A stretch of DNA of 64,000 bases from Camelus ferus (lineage: Eukaryota), in the NCBI RefSeq assembly GCF_009834535.1, contig NC_045697.1:110486001-110550000 (forward strand). The letters are read 5' to 3'. Below are positions 12,448-23,090 of this stretch, piece by piece (position 1 is the first letter of the stretch; each line of letters opens with the position of its first letter). Under the pieces are notes generated by a model, which saw nothing but the letters and a program-made list of their open reading frames with translations, had not been told where the DNA came from and searched no databases. The position numbers and the translations under genes were made by a program.

Positions 12448-14110
12448 AAACAATCTTCATGCGAAAGTATACAAATTAAGTTCAGGTTCAAAGAAGCAGC
12501 CTATCAATTACTTATGCAATTTTTTCACACATTTGTAGTATCCTCACACGGATTTTGAAAAAATAGAAAATATTTGAATATTTTAGCCTTCTCAATAGGA
12601 AACAGTCTGAAAGTTAATGGTAAAGTGACCTAATACTTTGAACTCAAATTAAGTTCAAGGCTTGCTGTAAAACTATTTTTGCATTTTAGTCCAGGGGACT
12701 GACCACTTTTAATTTAACTACATTTTCTGTTCCATAGTAAATAGTTTGGTAATAATTTTGAAGTGATTTGACATAATAAAAATGTGAGTAGGGATTTTAA
12801 TGAATGATCCTATGAGCCTGATTTTCCCTAGTGTCCATCATAAGTATGATTTCCTTTTCAGCACCTCACCACACCTCTGGTTTAATCCTAGAGACTGACA
12901 TCACTGAGGAATAGCTTGTTGTTACTTAACAGATGAGGAGATAAAAGATTAATAAGCTCCTTGGAACATGGATGTAAAATTTACTATAAATAAATGCTCT
13001 GAATAGGAATGGAATTCCAAACTCTCTCATTTTTCGTTGAGATCCGCACCATATGCAAATAGCCTAGTGTTACAGTGTCAATTTCTTATACACCCATAAA
13101 CTTACATGAATCTCCTGGTTGCATCAAGTCTTGGGCCATCCATGCCAACTTTGCCAACGGGTTGGGTTGGGTTGGGGAGTTTCCTTCTTCAGAGTTTAGA
13201 GTACAAACTAAAGTGAGTGTCTTTTTGACTTCCACTTCCAAACGTGTCTAAAGCTTCTTTTCTTACCTGCTTCCCCCTTTCCTGACTTGGAGAACAAGAG
13301 CCCTTACCCACCACCAGTTCTAACTCTCCCACCTGGAGCTTTGATCCAATGGCTCCCCACCGCCTCTGGGTCTGACTTCCCCTGAGCTATGCACTTGTTC
13401 TCTCCTCTGGTTTCCCTTCCTTTTGGGGTACAGATATCCTCATGTGTTCCCCATTAAAACAAACAAGAAGCAAGTAACAAGAAATCTTCCATTTGATCCC
13501 CTCTTTTTCCTTTCCTTTCTGCAGAACTTCTTGCAATCATCATCTCCATTTTTTGCCTAGTCCTTCCCTTTGCCTAACTCCTACTCTCTGCACCCTCTGC
13601 AGTCTGGCTCCCTGAAACTTCTGCAGCTCTAGGACCTTCCTTGTTGCCTCATCCAAGAGCCCCTGGACCCTCTTGCTAGCTCATCTGCTTTTGGCACTAC
13701 TGACCACACCCTCCTATGAAGACTTTCTTCAGCCTCTCAGTTTTCCTCAAGCACCTTGATGACTCCTTAGTGCTGCCTTCCCTTTATGCTGAGCTCTGTC
13801 CCCACTGTCTCCTCCTCCCTTGCTGTGTGCCGCCCCTGGGCATTTTCATCTGCACCAAAGCCTTTACTACCCACCAGACACTTGTGACTCCCGCCTCTCT
13901 TTCTCTTGGCCAGACTCTTCTCCAGAGATCCTTTTTCCCCTACTTATCTGCCTACTAAACATCCCCATTTGAAAAGCTGTAGATGCTTGAAATTCAATAT
14001 ATCTGAGGTTGAACCCATTCTCTTCCTCCCATAAACCTATTCCTACTCCTTCCTTTCTTGTCTTACTCTCTGTCCAGTTGCTCCAGCAAGAAACTTCAGA
14101 GTCCTGGTCC

Positions 14111-14722
14111 TGATATAGGAAAATGAATGTGGGGTGAGAGGACGGCCGTGTCCCAGGTCACAGTTGAGTCCCTGGGATGTGCCCCACCAAGTGTCGGTCC
14201 TTGGTTTCATGCAGGAAAGAATTCAGGAGTGAGCCACAAGTGAGTAAAGATAGATTTATTTAGAGAGATACATACTTCATGGACAGAGGCTGTCTCAGAA
14301 GGCGAGAGAAAGGCCATGAGGTGTGGGGGGTGAGTATTTAGTTTTAAAACAAAAGTAGGTGCACACTCCATAGACAGAGTGCGGTCATCTCATCCAGAAA
14401 GGAGAGGCCACAGGGTGTGGGGTTGTTAGTTCTTATGGGCTTGGTAACTTCATATGCTCACAAGAGGGAGGATTATTTCAACTACTTTGGGGATGGGGGT
14501 GGGGTCCCCAGGAACTGGGCCATCACTCACTTTTTGACATTTTATGGTCACACTTAAAATTGCCCTGGCACCTGTGGGAGTGCCATATAGCATCCTAGTG
14601 TATTTCAGTGAGTGTATATTGAAGCTCAGCGTCTACTGGGACTTGAATCTCCCACCATCTTGGTGCTGATTGCTGTGTCATTCTTTTAATGGCTGTGCCC
14701 TGTCCCCTTCCCTCCTGTCTCA
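14111..14722 (-). mobile_element. Solo LTR (ERV1-like), same family as 6676-7604
   Basis: Minus strand starts TGAGACAGGAGGGAAGGGGACAGGGCACAGCC and has AATAAA near 14255; TSD GTCC/GTCT. Confidence 0.8.
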
Positions 14723-15145
14723 GTCTCAGTTACTCCTCTTAGCACTCCTGCCACCACCACTGCATCCAGGTCACCAAACCTTGTCAGTCTATCTCCAGAA
14801 GTGTCTTTCAGCTTTTGTCCCTGCCCCTCCATCACCTCTGCCTTGTTCTAGCTCCCTCCCCCTGTTTCAGCCCCTTTCCTAGACTACTAAGTAGACTTCT
14901 AACTGGTCTCTGCTTCCAGCGTCTCTCCTTCCTCCCTCCGATCCAGATCTTCTCGGTCCCCTACTTGAAGGCCTCCCCTGGCTCTCTGCTGCCTGCGGAA
15001 TAACGTGTGCGTGCCCGGAGCGGCGTAGGAGGCCTTCCCAGCCTGTCCCCTCAAGCCTCCCAGGTGGGGCTCTAGCCTCTACTCTTATTTTTTTCCTTTT
15101 TCTTTTTTTTGATGTGGTGTATGGATCAAAGTCCATTTAAAAAAA

Positions 15146-15256
15146 TTTGGCAGGGAAGCAATTAGATTTAGTTATTTTTTAATGGAGGCGCCAGGGATTG
15201 AACCCAGGACCCTGTGCATGCTAAGCACACACTCTACCACTGAGCTGTACCCTCTC
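15146..15256 (-). mobile_element. tRNA(Ala)-derived SINE (Vic-1-like)
   Basis: Minus strand has an A box (AGCTCAGTGGTAGAG), CTTAGCATG anticodon arm, B box (GGTTCAATCC) and A-rich tail. Confidence 0.85.
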
Positions 15257-15849
15257 TGACCCTCTGCTCTTGGAGAAGCATATGCCTTCTATTCTGATTG
15301 AGCTGCACTATGGCTCTGCAAAATATACCCAACAATTTTTAAGAATTTTGCTTTTGTTCATGTTTCCTTAGCCTGCCTGGCCTTTCGGCACTAACTTACC
15401 CCTACCGTGTGTGCCTAGCAAACCCCAACTCCTCATGGTGCAGCTCAGGTGCTACCCCATCTCTCACTTTCCCTGCCCCCGTTAGAATTAATTACTCCTT
15501 CATCAGTGTCCCGGCGCCTTGAGAGCTGCTGCTCTTTTAGCACATCACACTGAACTGGGGCAGTTTATTTAGGTCTCCCCCGTCCCTAGCAGGTCCTGTG
15601 TTCCATTAGGGAGGGGACTGCATCTCATTTCCTGTTGTATCTCTGAGCCCACACACAACCTAAGTATTCAGTAAGTACTTACTGAGGTGGATCAGAGAGT
15701 CGAATTCTCCCATCCCCATTTACAGAATTCCCTACTACCCTATGGACATTTGCCACCTCTTGCAAATTTACATGAGAGCAATCGATAATCAATAGATTGC
15801 TAAATGTGTTGCAGAATGAGAACTATTATGCAACCACCATTTCTTGAGT

Positions 15850-16070
15850 TCTTATTAGGCACTGCTCTTAAATAACATGTGCATATTTATTCTTTAATCC
15901 TTACCACAAACTTGTGAGGTCAGCATCATATTTATCACCATACTCATTTTAAAGAGGAGATAACTGAGACCAGAGGAGTTAAGTAACTTACCCAAGGTCA
16001 CAGAGCTAAGTAGAAAAGCCAGGATTTCAAGCCCAGCAACTCGGCTACAGAATAGACTTTCTTAACAACT
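15850..16070. mobile_element. MIR SINE remnant
   Basis: MIR core: CATTTTAAAGAGGAGATAACTGAGACCAGAGGAGTTAAGTAACTTACCCAAGGTCACAGAGCTA. Confidence 0.75.
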
Positions 16071-16430
16071 TCCCCATCTTGTTTCTACTTGCCATGTGCC
16101 GACCCACCCCACCCCTTGGTCTTTACTTATTTGGAAGAAACAAACATATGCTTCTTCAGGAACAGGCAGATATTGTGACTCAGTACACTTTATCTATTTG
16201 GCTATTTGGGAAGATTTTACTGGTATAAATAATTTTTGATATATACATAGTTTTAAAATAGGTAAATAAAATGTAAATTATGCTAATATTTTGTGATCAT
16301 TATGACTTGCTTTACAAATCTGAATTTAGCTAGAGGGGAAATATTAAAATGCATTACTCTTGCCGTTCTCAAAGAAGTGTGGAATTTTAGAGTCAAAGAG
16401 ATTTTGAAGGTCATTCAAAAAGATGACTCT

Positions 16431-18193
16431 TGGGTGCAGTGGCACGATGGAGCAATGCCTCTACTGGAGCTGGGCCATCGCGTCAGCTGCCTTCATTAAG
16501 GGCTCGCAGGACAGATGGATCTCTCCATCCATAATCCACAGCATCAAGAGAGACTACAACAGCAAGCTGCTAATACAAAAGCAGATACTTCCAAAATGGC
16601 TATTACCAAGCACCACTCAGAAGTCAGTGATCCCTTCCATTCTTGTGGGGGTCTCCAGTCAGGTGTTCAGTAGCTCTTAGCTCTTTTCCAAGGCCATCAG
16701 AGCCTGGCTGATATTATGATGAGCATCTGGAACATAAACACAGCAGTCAGATCCTACAAGGGCACACATCCCACCCTCTGAAGCTGTTAGAATATCAAGT
16801 GCCGTACGATTTTGCAAAGCTAGCTTTCGCAGCTGATACACCTCACCATTAAGAAGGCCCAGGGCTTTATGGGTCTCGTTAAATGCCCTGGCCGTGTGCA
16901 CTGCTGAAGCACTGATCTCTGCTTCTGTCCCTATGGTGGCTGCCTGGGGGGAAGAAAGAGCTGAGGGGTGACACCACCAAGGGGTGCGCCATACCCTGTG
17001 GCATGCCTCAAGCGCTCCCCACTTACTTAGGCGGGTCTGTGAAGTAGGCAGCACCCACACAGGGAGAGGTGGCCATCCCCAAGTGCCTCCGCCGGTCCAG
17101 CGGTGGGGCAGATATGGTCGGCTTTACTGCCCACGGACCCAAAGGCTCCCACAAGGGACAAGCCAGGCTAAGGTGCCACTCCTCTTTCCCCTTTTCTCCC
17201 CCTTTGCTACTCAAGTAACATTATTGCACGGGCCAGACGGGATCCATCTGACATGGTCCCGTCTTTTTGAACTCTCAACGCAGAAGGGGATGCGTGCCAG
17301 AGGCTTGACCATTGCAGCTGTCACCCAGCCGAGACTGTCCTATATGGAACATCCCATCCAGGGCGAGGGCGATTTACACACTCTCTCACCCCAGCAAGTA
17401 TCCTCTTTTTGATTAAGTTCTATTGTGGATTAGTATCATTCCACATTCTTAACGAAGTCCAATTAACCTCAGAGGCTGCTTTAATTTTCCACGGGAGCCC
17501 ATCTGAGGCACTAACAGGCAACTCAGTGCAGATCCAGCAAGCCTAATGGTTAGCAATCATCTCACAAGTGTGTGCCCAGTCAACCAGGGTGTTAGTCCAA
17601 ACAAACCTAAGGGCAAAAAGACAGGCTGTTAGTGGTATGAGCCGTGGTAGGTCCTGTCCCTCGGGCAAGATCCATGCCAATGCTTTATCGGCTGATAACT
17701 CAGTGGCTGGGAGCAGCAGCCTTCTTGAACTGGCATACCACACTCGCTTAGCCAAGAGAGGCTTCTGCAGGTTCAATATGCAGTAACAGAGAACTCCTAA
17801 TAGGCCACATGGCCAACATAAAAGTCCCTTTTAGTACAGTGGATCGATGTGCCACCCCTGGCTGTGTTACCTCTACTCTGGGAGGCCACTGTCCTATAAA
17901 TCACGGGGTTACTTGTAAATCAGCTTCTAGTCTGGCCCCCCTGGTGCTATAAGGGCTACCCGACGCATGTAGGGGGCCTGAATAGTCCAAGGCCCCGTCC
18001 ACGTTAGGGTCTGCCCCTTCTCCATTCTGGTTGGCGCCGGCAGCAATATACTACATTGTCGCCCAAATCCAGGTTTCAGCAAAATATCCTTCACCTGGAC
18101 TTGGATCTGTGTGGGTGCAGCGGCGCGATGGAGCAGCGCCTCTGCTGGAGCCGGGCCATCGTGTCAGCTGCGTTCATTAAGGGTTCGCAGGAC
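16431..18193. repeat. 82-bp direct repeat (16431-16512 and 18112-18193)
   Basis: 73/82 identical by manual alignment; the second copy lies in the integrase region. Confidence 0.95.
16513..17750 (-). pseudogene. env: ERV env pseudogene (gamma-type SU/TM)
   Basis: SU CWICTELP near 17520-17540; degenerate furin site RVWR (TGG probably from CGG, i.e. RVRR); immunosuppressive domain LQNRTALDILTA; CALVGSDCC (CX6CC); Cys-rich tail. Confidence 0.88.
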
Positions 18194-20450
18194 GTCCCAT
18201 AGCCCTTTGGTCCATCCCTCCACAGTTGGCATTAGCTCGCAGCCTTGTTTCAGTGGGCCATTGTACTGTTCTATAATACCTGTGGCCTTGGGTTGTAAGG
18301 GATATGAAACCTCCCCACTCAATATTCATGTCCGTGCCCACCTTTGCACTTGGGCTCCAGTAAAATGAGTTCCCCGTTCACCTGTAATCACTAGAGGATG
18401 TCCACACACCGCACAGAGGGGCACCAGCGCTCGCAACACAGCCCTCTGCTCCGGGTGTTGAACTGGATGGGCCGCCGACAGGCCTGCTGCAGTCTCTACA
18501 CAGTGCCGGCATAACGACAGCCTTCAGAGCCAGGCAGCGGGCCAGCAATGTCCACTTGCCAGTGAGTTGGGGGGATCTGCCCTGCAATACCTGGCCTGAG
18601 GGGCCCGGGGGCCGCCTGAGTGCGCCTTAGAACATACCACACGTTGCTCACAGGCATTGTGCGCCTCTGCCAGGCTCACTGGCAGTCCCCAGGTGCGCAC
18701 AGAGGCCCACATTGCCTTTTGCCCCACGTGCAGCAGGTGTCAGTGCAGCCATATGTCACGTCACTTCTGGGGGCTCCATCTCCCGGGGCAGTCTCTAGCC
18801 ATCGGAACTCTGCCAGGGTATCGGCCTCATCGTTCCCTCGTGAGGCCAAAGTTTCAAGTCCAGTCACATGGAACACAGTCACCTGCTTTTGGTGATGTAA
18901 CTCCCAGAGGTCTTGCCACAAGTCTTGGCCCCACAAAGGCCTATGCATGACGGACCATTTACTCAAATGACAGGTGGAAATCCACAGGGTCAGTCCTCTG
19001 CAGACTGCCCACCTGTCAGTGCAGACAGCAATGGTCGGCGATTCATTGGCTACAGCTAACAGTGCCGCACGTAGCTCTGCGCACTGACCGCTCTGGCCAG
19101 CCCCAGTATCACACCAAATGGTATCAGACTCAGGCTGGATGGCAACCGCTATCCAAGTCGGGGGCTGCCCTCAACTTGAACCATCCATATACCATGCATC
19201 TGCTGGCACAGGGGCCCTACCTTCTTGGCAGGGACTAGCTTCTGGCTCAGTCTTCAAAGGGGACTCAGCGGTGGGCGTGCTACCCACATAAGTCACCACC
19301 TCCAGGACCTCCTGGAGTTACGCATGCAAAGGGCTCATGGAAAGCACAGTCTGCTGCTGTAAGTGTGCCCCCCATTTTGCCAGTGTAGGAGTTTGGGCTG
19401 CCCCACTTCAGGGCTTTGAGGTCCACTCTCTTATCCAAGCCGCTATGGGGTGGGTGGTGCGGGCATCACCAGCATTGTGCCGGTTACACCCTCAGTAGCT
19501 AGCGAGGCCGCGTATTCAGCAGCCAATTGTTTCTCCACAGGAGAGCACCGGCTTTCTGCTCCCTTCCATAGTTGGAACCAAAACCCTATGGGCTGTTGCA
19601 AATGCTCTGAATGTTGCCACATACCCCAGCCAAATCCCTCAGGAGCAACGTGCATGTCTAATTCACAGGCTCTGTGTAAATATCACTGGGGTAAGTCTGT
19701 AAATGCCCACTGTTGTCCTTCCCAGGTGAAGGCAAATTGATCTTGACTCTCAGGGGCAATGCCAATCAAAAAGAAAGCATTTGCCAGATCGGCCACGAAA
19801 TGATATGTGCCCAACTTATGGCTTAGCCGCTCCATCAATTTGGCCACCCAAGGCATTGTGGCATGCAGTGGAGGGACTACCTTGTTTAACTCCCGGTAGT
19901 CCACAGTCATTCTCCAAGTACCATCGGGTTTACTCACTGGCCATACAGGAGAACTGAATGGACTATGGGCTGGCGTAAAATACCCACCTTTTCTAATTCT
20001 GCAACAATGCCTGTAATTTCGTCATGACCTCCTGGCAGTTTATAGTGTTTGGTGTTGGTGACCCGCCAGGGAACAGGCAACTGTCCTGGAGGGTGTTTTG
20101 CGTGTCCCCACTCTACTGCCTTCACCACCCGTACTCACAGGCAGAACTCACCGGCAGTTGTCTGCAGCCACAGGCCGTGAGCACGTCTATGCCCAGTAGA
20201 TGTTCTGGTACTGGGGACACATGAACTTTGTGTTCTCTAGGGGCCAATCGCCCTATTCCAAGGAGCAATTGTATAGCTTTCACCCAGATACTTTTCCCCA
20301 CATAGCCATCTATGTAGGCCCCTGGGCCTCGTCCTGTAACAGAGTGCATTCAGCCCCCGTGTCCACCAAGGCCAATACTCGCTGCACGATGGTCGGGGAC
20401 CATTAAACAGCAAGCTGTACATGCGGCCTCTGGTCCCTGTCTGCCCCCTG
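17800..20450 (-). pseudogene. pol: ERV pro-pol pseudogene (protease, truncated RT, RNase H, integrase)
   Basis: DTG at 20355-20363; RT segment 19683-19937 (KPDGTWRMTVDYRELN...ADLANAFF...QFAFTWEGQQWAFTDLPQ); RNase H about 18810-19200; integrase about 18000-18760. Outer boundaries are approximate. Confidence 0.9.
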
Positions 20451-21150
20451 TAGGCAGGTTCCTTGGCCTGCATTATATTCAAAGGCAAACAAAGCATTTC
20501 CTCCTCCCGGGGAAGCACGTGGTCCTCAGAGTGCACTGCTCTGGTCCCCTTGGACTCTTTGGTGCTTTTCACAGCAGAGGTATGCCTTCTCATGGAAGTG
20601 GACCTCTGCTCCTCCCTCAACTCCTGCCGTAACTCCAGTAAGTGGGCATTAGGTTTCCCATCTATCTCAGCTTAGTCTACACCGGCTCCTGCAAGGCGCG
20701 CCCACATTCTGGGTACTAGTGACATTGACAGGTTTCCCAGTCCTTTTAGCTAACTTCCCCATTTGTCGGGTAACAGCTCGTACGCCCTTTTGCTGTCTGA
20801 TGGCTTTCTACCTCACCCAAACTTGTCATCATCGTGGAAGGGGTGATGGCAGGCTCTCCAGGACCCATAAATCTTCCTCCAGGGCTCAGATGCGGGCTTC
20901 CAAAGCCTCCTCCCTTTCCTTTAACTCTGAACCTTTGCCATCTCTCACAGTGAGGCTTTGGTTTCAGCCTGCGGGGCTGTGAGGAGCACCCATTCCAAAG
21001 CCCTGGCTGCCATGTGCGCACTGGGCTTCTCTAGGGACTCCCCTACCTCCTGTGGGGCCCTTTCCTCCTGGGCAGGGGGACCATCCACCTCTGGGCATCC
21101 CTGGGGTGGTGCCCAAGTAGAAAAGATGTTCGCTACTGAGTCCCACATAC
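20450..21150 (-). pseudogene. gag: ERV gag remnant (short, disrupted)
   Basis: MWDSVANIFSTWAPPQGCPEVDGPP...WVLLTA just downstream of the PBS resembles class III gag N-termini. Only ~0.7 kb lies between it and the protease. Confidence 0.6.
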
Positions 21151-21219
21151 TCGTCGGGGTTCACCCCTCAAGCCCACCCACCCTAGGGATTTAGAGGGCT
21201 CCATACCAGTCCACGGCGA

Positions 21220-21237
21220 GTCCTGCCGACTACACCA
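21220..21237 (-). promoter_or_regulatory. Retroviral primer-binding site complementary to tRNA-Ser
   Basis: Plus strand GTCCTGCCGACTACACCA matches the 3' 18 nt of mammalian tRNA-Ser (ATCCTGCCGACTACGCCA, from recall) at 16/18; one mismatch is a CpG transition. Confidence 0.85.
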
Positions 21238-21239
21238 AA

Positions 21240-21571
21240 CGCACTGCAAATGCTCAAGGCCTGGCAGGTTCACTGCTGGATTCCGGCAGACTGAAGAACA
21301 CTCTCGGAGCCAGGGGTATCTCTGACATGCCCTTATTGCGAAGGAGTACACAGGCTTCGGTGGTGGTGGTGGAAAGTCCCACCCGCCTTACATATCAAGG
21401 CAAACAAAGCTGGCATCAAGCCAACTATGATTGGCGCTCACCAGTGCACTCGATGCTGCAAGTCACGTTTATACAACACTACGTGGGTCCTGCACACGCA
21501 GGATAGTACAGCTGGGTCACTGGGCACCAGATGTCTGACAGGGGAGCCGGAGTGACTCCATTTTCCCTACA
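21240..21571 (-). mobile_element. 5' LTR (~330 bp) of the ERV-S-like provirus
   Basis: Minus strand starts TGTAGGGAAAATGG and contains CCAAT, a TATA-like TATGTAAG and a polyA-like AATAAG. It ends 2 nt before the PBS, with CG in place of the terminal CA. Confidence 0.75.
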
Positions 21572-23090
21572 GAGGCCCTCCTGTGTAGGCTGTGCACCCC
21601 TAATAATTTTGTCACCAGGTCTGTTTTTAGTGCAGATGGTTGCCACATCTTTCTTCCTTGTATGTTGGCTGCTCTCCCTTTGAATGGGGCTGTGGCTGGT
21701 GGTGGTGTGACCAGAGCCTGCCCTGGCTGTGGAGTGGAGCCTCCTTTTTGTTCTGTGGTCATCAAGCCCCGACAGGGGCTGGGTCTGTTCCCCTTTTTTT
21801 TTGGATTAGAGACTGCCAGCCCCATTTCTGAGCCGTGGTGTTTAGTAGGCGGGGTTGGGGGGTGGCGAGTACTCTTTGTTGAACCTGCCCTTATGCACGC
21901 TTTAGCCACGGGCATGTCCGTGTGCTGCTCTGGTGTCCCCCACGTTCTCTGCCCTGAGAGCCACCAGTGCAGTTCCACTGACTTCTGGGTCGCACACCTG
22001 ACCGTGGTGCACTGTTGGGGTCAGCGCTGTCCCCAGCACCAAAGGCCACCCCTGCGCTCGCCCCACTGCACAAACTCCAGTCACTTGTTCCAGAGGCCCA
22101 CGGGTCACGCCACCAGGTCTCGCCGCAGTGTCAGCGCGTTCCCAGCACCGGGTCCTCGCGTGGTAGGCAGGCGGGCTCACAGAAAACAGGCCGCACCAGC
22201 CCTGGCCCCCGCTGCGTGCAGAGCTCCACTCCTTGCTTGTTAGTCTTAGAGGCGCGGGTCCACAAAGGCACCTCCGGAGCAAAACAGTCCCCTCTGCCTG
22301 GGGCTGTAAGTAAATCTCAGTCCTGCCTATGAAGTTGCAGAGCCCTTGGGTACGGATTCAGGTTCCAACCCCACCTCGTCCCTGGAGCTGCACCGGCGGA
22401 TACGGTGGCTGTGGCCGAGCCCATCTCTCTTCTCCTGAGAGTGCACCAGTGATGGTGCGGCGGGTCTTCAGAGACAAAGGCCACCACCCAGCCATGTTGC
22501 GCCCCTCCCCTCAACACGCACCAGCAGTGTTGCCTTCTTTTCTATTTTTAAAAATTTTTTAAATGGGGAACCCAGGCTCTGTTCTATATACACTCCCAGC
22601 CACGGCACACAGCACACTCCAGTCCCCTGAGGCTGCCTCTGCATGGTGGGCCCCAGTCCTCCGCCCGCCTTGGGCAGCCAGTCCCCGCCCACCCCCACTG
22701 GCTCATCTAGTCTAGGGCTGGGGATCTCAGGGATATTTTAGGCCCATTTCACTTAGTTCTGTCAGCCAAGGGCTGCTGTGCACTGATCCAAGCCTCGGAG
22801 GCTCCCCCTCCATCCCCACTGACCTCTCTGTTGGAGGGGAATCCCAGCATAAGAGCGCTGTTCCTCCTTTGCTGCTCCCCCGCAACAGATCCCTCACTAA
22901 TTTCCTTTTTTCTCCTTTTTTTTTTCCCCTCCTACCAGATTTGTGATGAATTTTGTCTTTTGAAGAAGGCGATGCTCTGTCAAAGTTCAGCAGGTGTTCT
23001 GAGTGGATGGGTGGGTCCGTGGACGTCTCTCTTGGTGGGAGAGGCTGAGATAAGAGCGTCCTTCTACTCTGCCATCTTGGCTGCTCCCTC
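21572..23090 (-). mobile_element. LINE-1-type (or HAL1) 5' UTR, apparently with an intact 5' terminus
   Basis: Minus strand begins GAGGGAGCAGCCAAGATGGCAGAGTAGAAGGACG, a typical L1 start with a YY1-like CAAGATGGC, then 1.5 kb of GC/CpG-rich sequence. The flank reads TT|AAAAATCTTTGAAATTGT, an L1 endonuclease consensus. No ORF1 was seen before the ERV LTR. Confidence 0.75.

Larger units (their letters stand above)
16431..21571 (-). mobile_element. Defective ERV-S-like (class III, HERV-S-related) provirus: 5' LTR-PBS(Ser)-gag-pro-pol-env, no 3' LTR
   Basis: Minus-strand motifs in retroviral order: LTR, Ser-tRNA PBS, gag N-terminus, protease LVDTGAEC, RT (WRMTVDYRELN, DLANAFF, LPQ), RNase H (WYMDGS, AELRA, GNDEAD), integrase (H..H..C..C, WQVD) and env (CWIC, LQNR, CX6CC). 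Many stops and frameshifts. Confidence 0.9.

Noticed and set aside
12479..12490. AGTTCA-GGTTCA (DR0), and everted half-site pairs near 12640 and 44946
   Set aside because: Degenerate half-sites with varied spacings are expected by chance in a window this size.
16677..17060. Open env TM frame as a syncytin-like domesticated gene
   Set aside because: The upstream SU has stops and frameshifts, the furin site is mutated and the frame closes before the membrane anchor.
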